Assembly: GCA_022764505.1 (NCBI GenBank)
Contig: JALEQJ010000024.1
Coordinates: 2,287 to 66,286 of the forward strand
Length of the DNA stretch: 64,000 bases
DNA from: Phocaeicola sp.
GTDB lineage: Bacteria; Bacteroidota; Bacteroidia; Bacteroidales; Bacteroidaceae
Reading direction: 5' to 3'
Numbering within the stretch: the stretch's first letter is position 1; each line of letters begins with the position of its first letter. A model generated the notes under the pieces. The model was given only the letters and a program-made list of their open reading frames with translations. It did not search any database and had not been told where the DNA came from. This document shows, one piece after another, positions 60,744-64,000 of this stretch. A program made the translations under genes and the position numbers.

Positions 60744-61854
60744 ATCGGTGCTTATAGAGAGTTTCTGCTATCTTACGTGCCGCCTTCCTATCGGGCTTCC
60801 CTGTAGGAGTAAAAGGGAGTGCCGGTACAGAGAAAATGTATTTGGGTTGCCAGTAGCGAGGGAGAGTTTGTAGAAGTATATGCAGTGCAGTCGTTTCTTC
60901 TCCTTCTATGAGTAAGACGATGGCTTCTCCGAGTTTCTTATGCGGAACAGCACTGATAAGTAGAGGGACTGGGTAGGCATTCAGCCGAGCTTCTATCTCT
61001 TCTATCTGTACCTTGATACCTCCTGTATTGATAGTATTGTCTATTCTGCCTATCACTTTGAATCTGCCTTGTTTATCAAAGCATACTAAATCATTTGTGA
61101 TAAGTCTTTCCGCACATAAATGCGGAGCAGTAATGGTGAGCGTTCCTGCTGTGGAAGTTTGTAAGCAGATGCCCTTGAGTGGTTGGTAATAATCGGAGTG
61201 CATTCTCCCATTGAGTGCCCTCATAGCTATATGAGATAGTGTTTCAGTCATACCGTAGGTACTCCAAATAGGGTGAGGAAAATTTACTATTTCTTGCTCT
61301 ATTTCTGCACTGATAGCTCCTCCTCCTACAATGGTTTGTCGTACTGTTTGTAGTTTTGCTCTATCTGTGGAGTATTGTAGTGTTTCGTATAGCTGCATAG
61401 GAGTAATAGCCAGAAAGCAAGGAGAGGTATCTATATGTTGCAATGGGCGTGCACTCGGTACAGTGGTAGAGATGGATAGTCCGCCTACTAATGCACGAAC
61501 CAACATCATCTTTCCTGCTATATAGCGTACAGGCATACAGAGCAATGCTGTATCTCCGACTTGTAAGTTCAAGAAATCCAAAGTCATTATGGCACTTTGT
61601 ATCATCTTTTCTTTTTCTACAGCGTATTTCTTGGGTGTCCCTGTGGAACCGGAAGTTTGTACTTCTACGGTAGGAGAAGAACTGAACCATTCGCAGAGAA
61701 ATGCAGTTACTTCTGCATCAAAACTATTTTCGCCTTGTGTCTTTACGGTAGAAATATGCAACTGTTGTACATTCTCTTTGTGGCAGTATTGCCCATTGAG
61801 AGTACAATGCTGGTATGCTATACAAGTTTCTCTTGCTTCTAAGGACGTAGCCAT
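60742..61854 (-). CDS. menE: O-succinylbenzoate--CoA ligase-like AMP-binding protein
   Basis: TSGSTG.PK, YGMTET.SH, TND and GR.D..IN.GG.K motifs; start set at ATG 61854. Confidence 0.85.
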   Translation of the reverse strand: MATSLEARETCIAYQHCTLNGQYCHKENVQQLHISTVKTQGENSFDAEVTAFLCEWFSSSPTVEVQTSGSTGTPKKYAVEKEKMIQSAIMTLDFLNLQVGDTALLCMPVRYIAGKMMLVRALVGGLSISTTVPSARPLQHIDTSPCFLAITPMQLYETLQYSTDRAKLQTVRQTIVGGGAISAEIEQEIVNFPHPIWSTYGMTETLSHIAMRALNGRMHSDYYQPLKGICLQTSTAGTLTITAPHLCAERLITNDLVCFDKQGRFKVIGRIDNTINTGGIKVQIEEIEARLNAYPVPLLISAVPHKKLGEAIVLLIEGEETTALHILLQTLPRYWQPKYIFSVPALPFTPTGKPDRKAARKIAETLYKHR

Positions 61855-62897
61855 ACGTGTATATTTGGAGTAGGTAGTGTAGGATCGTAAGATAAGTTCT
61901 CTCCGGCTAAGTGGAGGGGGATATGAATGTTTTCTACGAACAATGCTCCTGTTCCAAGTCCTTGATGCAGACCTGTAGTAGATAGGGTTGCACACCATTG
62001 TGCTATAGCATTTAGTCCTATATTGCTTTCCAAAGCAGATGTAACCCAATAGCCTATATGCCGTGCTTCTGCCAATTTAATCCACTCCTCACAGCCGGTT
62101 ATCCCACCGTGTAAAGAGGGTTTTAAAATGATATAGGGAGGACGTATTGTATCTAAGAGTTGTTCTTTTTCTTGTAGAGAGTGTACTCCTATCAGCTCTT
62201 CGTCCAATGCGATGGGGAGTGGAGATGCTTTGCAAAGTTGGTGCATCTCCTCCCATTGTCCGGCACGTATGGGCTGTTCTATAGAATGTAGCTCCAAAGT
62301 AGCCAAAGTTTCCAATCTCTGCATCGCTTCTTGGGGAGAAAAAGCACCATTGGCATCTACACGTAGGCAGATGTCTTGTGCGGAAAATTCGGAACGTATT
62401 CTTTTCAGAAGATCAACCTCTTCTTGAAAAGAAATAGCTCCTATTTTAAGTTTCAAACACCGAAATCCTTTCTCCAATTTCTCTGCGATTTGTTTTGCCA
62501 TCTCGTCATAACTTCCCATCCAAATCAATCCGTTGATAGGCAGGCTACGTTCTCCACGAGAAAAGGGAGTATTATAAATAGAAAAACTTCCTTGTTTGAG
62601 ATGTAAAAAGGCGGTTTCTAATCCGAACAGCATAGAAGGATAAGGGCGTAGAGCTTCGTAAGGTATTGCATCTTCTTTTGTGGCTGTTTCGCAGAATGTA
62701 GAGAGTAACTCTTCGTAGTTCTCTATATCATCGCAACTTAATGCCGGGAGTGGTGCACATTCTCCTACGCCAACTTTTTTGGTAACCGTATCCTTCAGAA
62801 CTATATACCAGAGTTTACGCTCGGTGTATATTCCTCTCGAAGTACCCGCAGGCTTTTTGAAGCGTAGTGTTTTCGGAATAATTTGGAATGTTAGCAT
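61839..62897 (-). CDS. menC: O-succinylbenzoate synthase (enolase superfamily)
   Basis: FKKPAGTSRG, G.GECAPLP.LS, KLKIG, RVDANG, IEQP, ALDEE and WVTSALES motifs. Confidence 0.88.
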   Translation of the reverse strand: MLTFQIIPKTLRFKKPAGTSRGIYTERKLWYIVLKDTVTKKVGVGECAPLPALSCDDIENYEELLSTFCETATKEDAIPYEALRPYPSMLFGLETAFLHLKQGSFSIYNTPFSRGERSLPINGLIWMGSYDEMAKQIAEKLEKGFRCLKLKIGAISFQEEVDLLKRIRSEFSAQDICLRVDANGAFSPQEAMQRLETLATLELHSIEQPIRAGQWEEMHQLCKASPLPIALDEELIGVHSLQEKEQLLDTIRPPYIILKPSLHGGITGCEEWIKLAEARHIGYWVTSALESNIGLNAIAQWCATLSTTGLHQGLGTGALFVENIHIPLHLAGENLSYDPTLPTPNIHVWLRP

Positions 62898-62906
62898 TGT
62901 AGTGAT

Positions 62907-63605
62907 TTAGAGTGATAGGTCTGTGTACAATGCGATATCTTCTCTTTGCTCAAATAAGTAGGTAGATGGGTAAGCTTTTGCCTCTTCTTTCTTCTGTATA
63001 ATGGCTTCTATGATAGAGCGTTTGTTTTCTCCTGTTATATGAAACAGGAGTTGCTTACAAGCTAAAATAGTCTTACCCGTCATCGCAATTCTGGCTTGTC
63101 CTACAGTATTGGTAGTAGCTACGTAGGGTGTATTTTCCTGAAGTAAATCCATTCTATGCGGGAAAATAGAAGAGGTATGTCCGTCTTCTCCCATACCTAA
63201 AATAACTACATCAAAGACAGGTAAACCGTTGTCTGTAGGAAGCTCTCCAAATACTAAATCTGTGTATCTGTCCGCTTCTTGGATTGGATTGTTTTCTCCA
63301 TAAATGCGAAAGATATGTTCTTTGGCAATGGGTACTTTGCTCAATAGTGCTTCTTCTACCATTCTATAGTTACTTTGTTCGTCTGTAGGTGGAACACATC
63401 TTTCGTCTACCCAATATAATCGTATGTTTTCCCAGCAGATGGTACTACACAACTCGTTTTTGCTCATTTCTTCAAAAAGGAGTTTTGGGGTGCTTCCACC
63501 GGATACTGCAATGTGCGTAATACCTTTTTGAGAAGGAAGGACGAATGCTACTTGTGCTACTGCTTGCGCTACCTCTATCGGGCTATTATAAGTATGTATT
63601 TGCAT
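62907..63605 (-). CDS. pgl: 6-phosphogluconolactonase
   Basis: SGGSTP, WVDERCVPP....SNY and LGMGEDGHTSSIFP motifs. Confidence 0.95.
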   Translation of the reverse strand: MQIHTYNSPIEVAQAVAQVAFVLPSQKGITHIAVSGGSTPKLLFEEMSKNELCSTICWENIRLYWVDERCVPPTDEQSNYRMVEEALLSKVPIAKEHIFRIYGENNPIQEADRYTDLVFGELPTDNGLPVFDVVILGMGEDGHTSSIFPHRMDLLQENTPYVATTNTVGQARIAMTGKTILACKQLLFHITGENKRSIIEAIIQKKEEAKAYPSTYLFEQREDIALYTDLSL

Positions 63606-63617
63606 AATAGATCATTG

Positions 63618-64000
63618 TTAGAGTTCACAATACAAATCGGAGTTGGTCAAGTTCTTACAAGGATTTGTCCAAGTGTTTCCTCCTTCCATAAGTTCGTCGC
63701 ACTGCGTAGGTCCCCACGTACCTGCCGGATATCCGTAAAGTGGAAATTTAGCATCTTGCCAAGCATCTATGATAGGTGAGAAGAATTGCCAACTGAGTTC
63801 TACTGCATCGCTTCGTGTAAAGAGTGTAGAGTCTCCTATCATACAATCCTCCAATAGACGAGAATAGGCATCGCCGGAAGCTAAGCCTCCTAATTGGTCA
63901 TAAGTAAACTCCATAGATACACTCTTCACTTCAAAGCCGGATCCCGGAACTTTCGCACCGAATTTCAGGACAATCCCTTCATTGGGCTGTATGCGAATGA
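63618..64000 (-). CDS. zwf: Glucose-6-phosphate 1-dehydrogenase (3' part; start outside window)
   Basis: IRIQPNEGI.LKF..KVPG, AYSRLL.D...GD.TLF.R.D.VE.SW and Y.AGTWGP motifs. Confidence 0.95.
   Translation of the reverse strand, partial: IRIQPNEGIVLKFGAKVPGSGFEVKSVSMEFTYDQLGGLASGDAYSRLLEDCMIGDSTLFTRSDAVELSWQFFSPIIDAWQDAKFPLYGYPAGTWGPTQCDELMEGGNTWTNPCKNLTNSDLYCEL

Noticed and set aside
61855-62049. N-terminal extension of menE in the ORF track (435 aa)
   Set aside because: It overlaps menC in another frame; ATG 61854 gives a normal-size protein.

Overview
A 64-kb chromosomal window from an AT-rich Bacteroidales bacterium, judged from the TAnnTTTG -7 promoter boxes, the typical Bacteroidales DUF genes and the exbB-X-exbD-exbD layout. 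About 62 kb is core housekeeping: wecB-tkt-rpiB, a tricorn-like protease, aspS, a BamA/TamA-family protein, ligA, rplU-rpmA, mltG-maf, fba, lysC, glmM, tonB-ispA-tatD-tRNA-Ser-exbBDD, guaB, recQ, rplM-rpsI-rpsB-tsf and zwf-pgl-menC-menE. There are four main non-routine signals. (1) A dispersed family of five intergenic ~80-100 bp elements is built from degenerate 21-22 bp units centred on the palindrome GTTTATATAAAC. Every copy is co-oriented with, and shortly upstream of, a downstream promoter, and one copy sits directly before an HU-domain plus winged-HTH gene. (2) The first ~2.1 kb looks like the end of an integrated element. It cuts a resident DMT-family gene at codon 54 and places a diverged full-length homologue next to the junction, and its cargo is decaying (a frameshifted PBP-like lipoprotein and a frameshifted lipocalin-like lipoprotein). 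(3) recQ is split by one in-frame TAA. (4) A YafQ-type toxin-antitoxin pair sits just upstream of the rplM operon. No CRISPR array, rRNA, transposase or integrase is visible. Family names come from motif recognition by eye, not from database searches.
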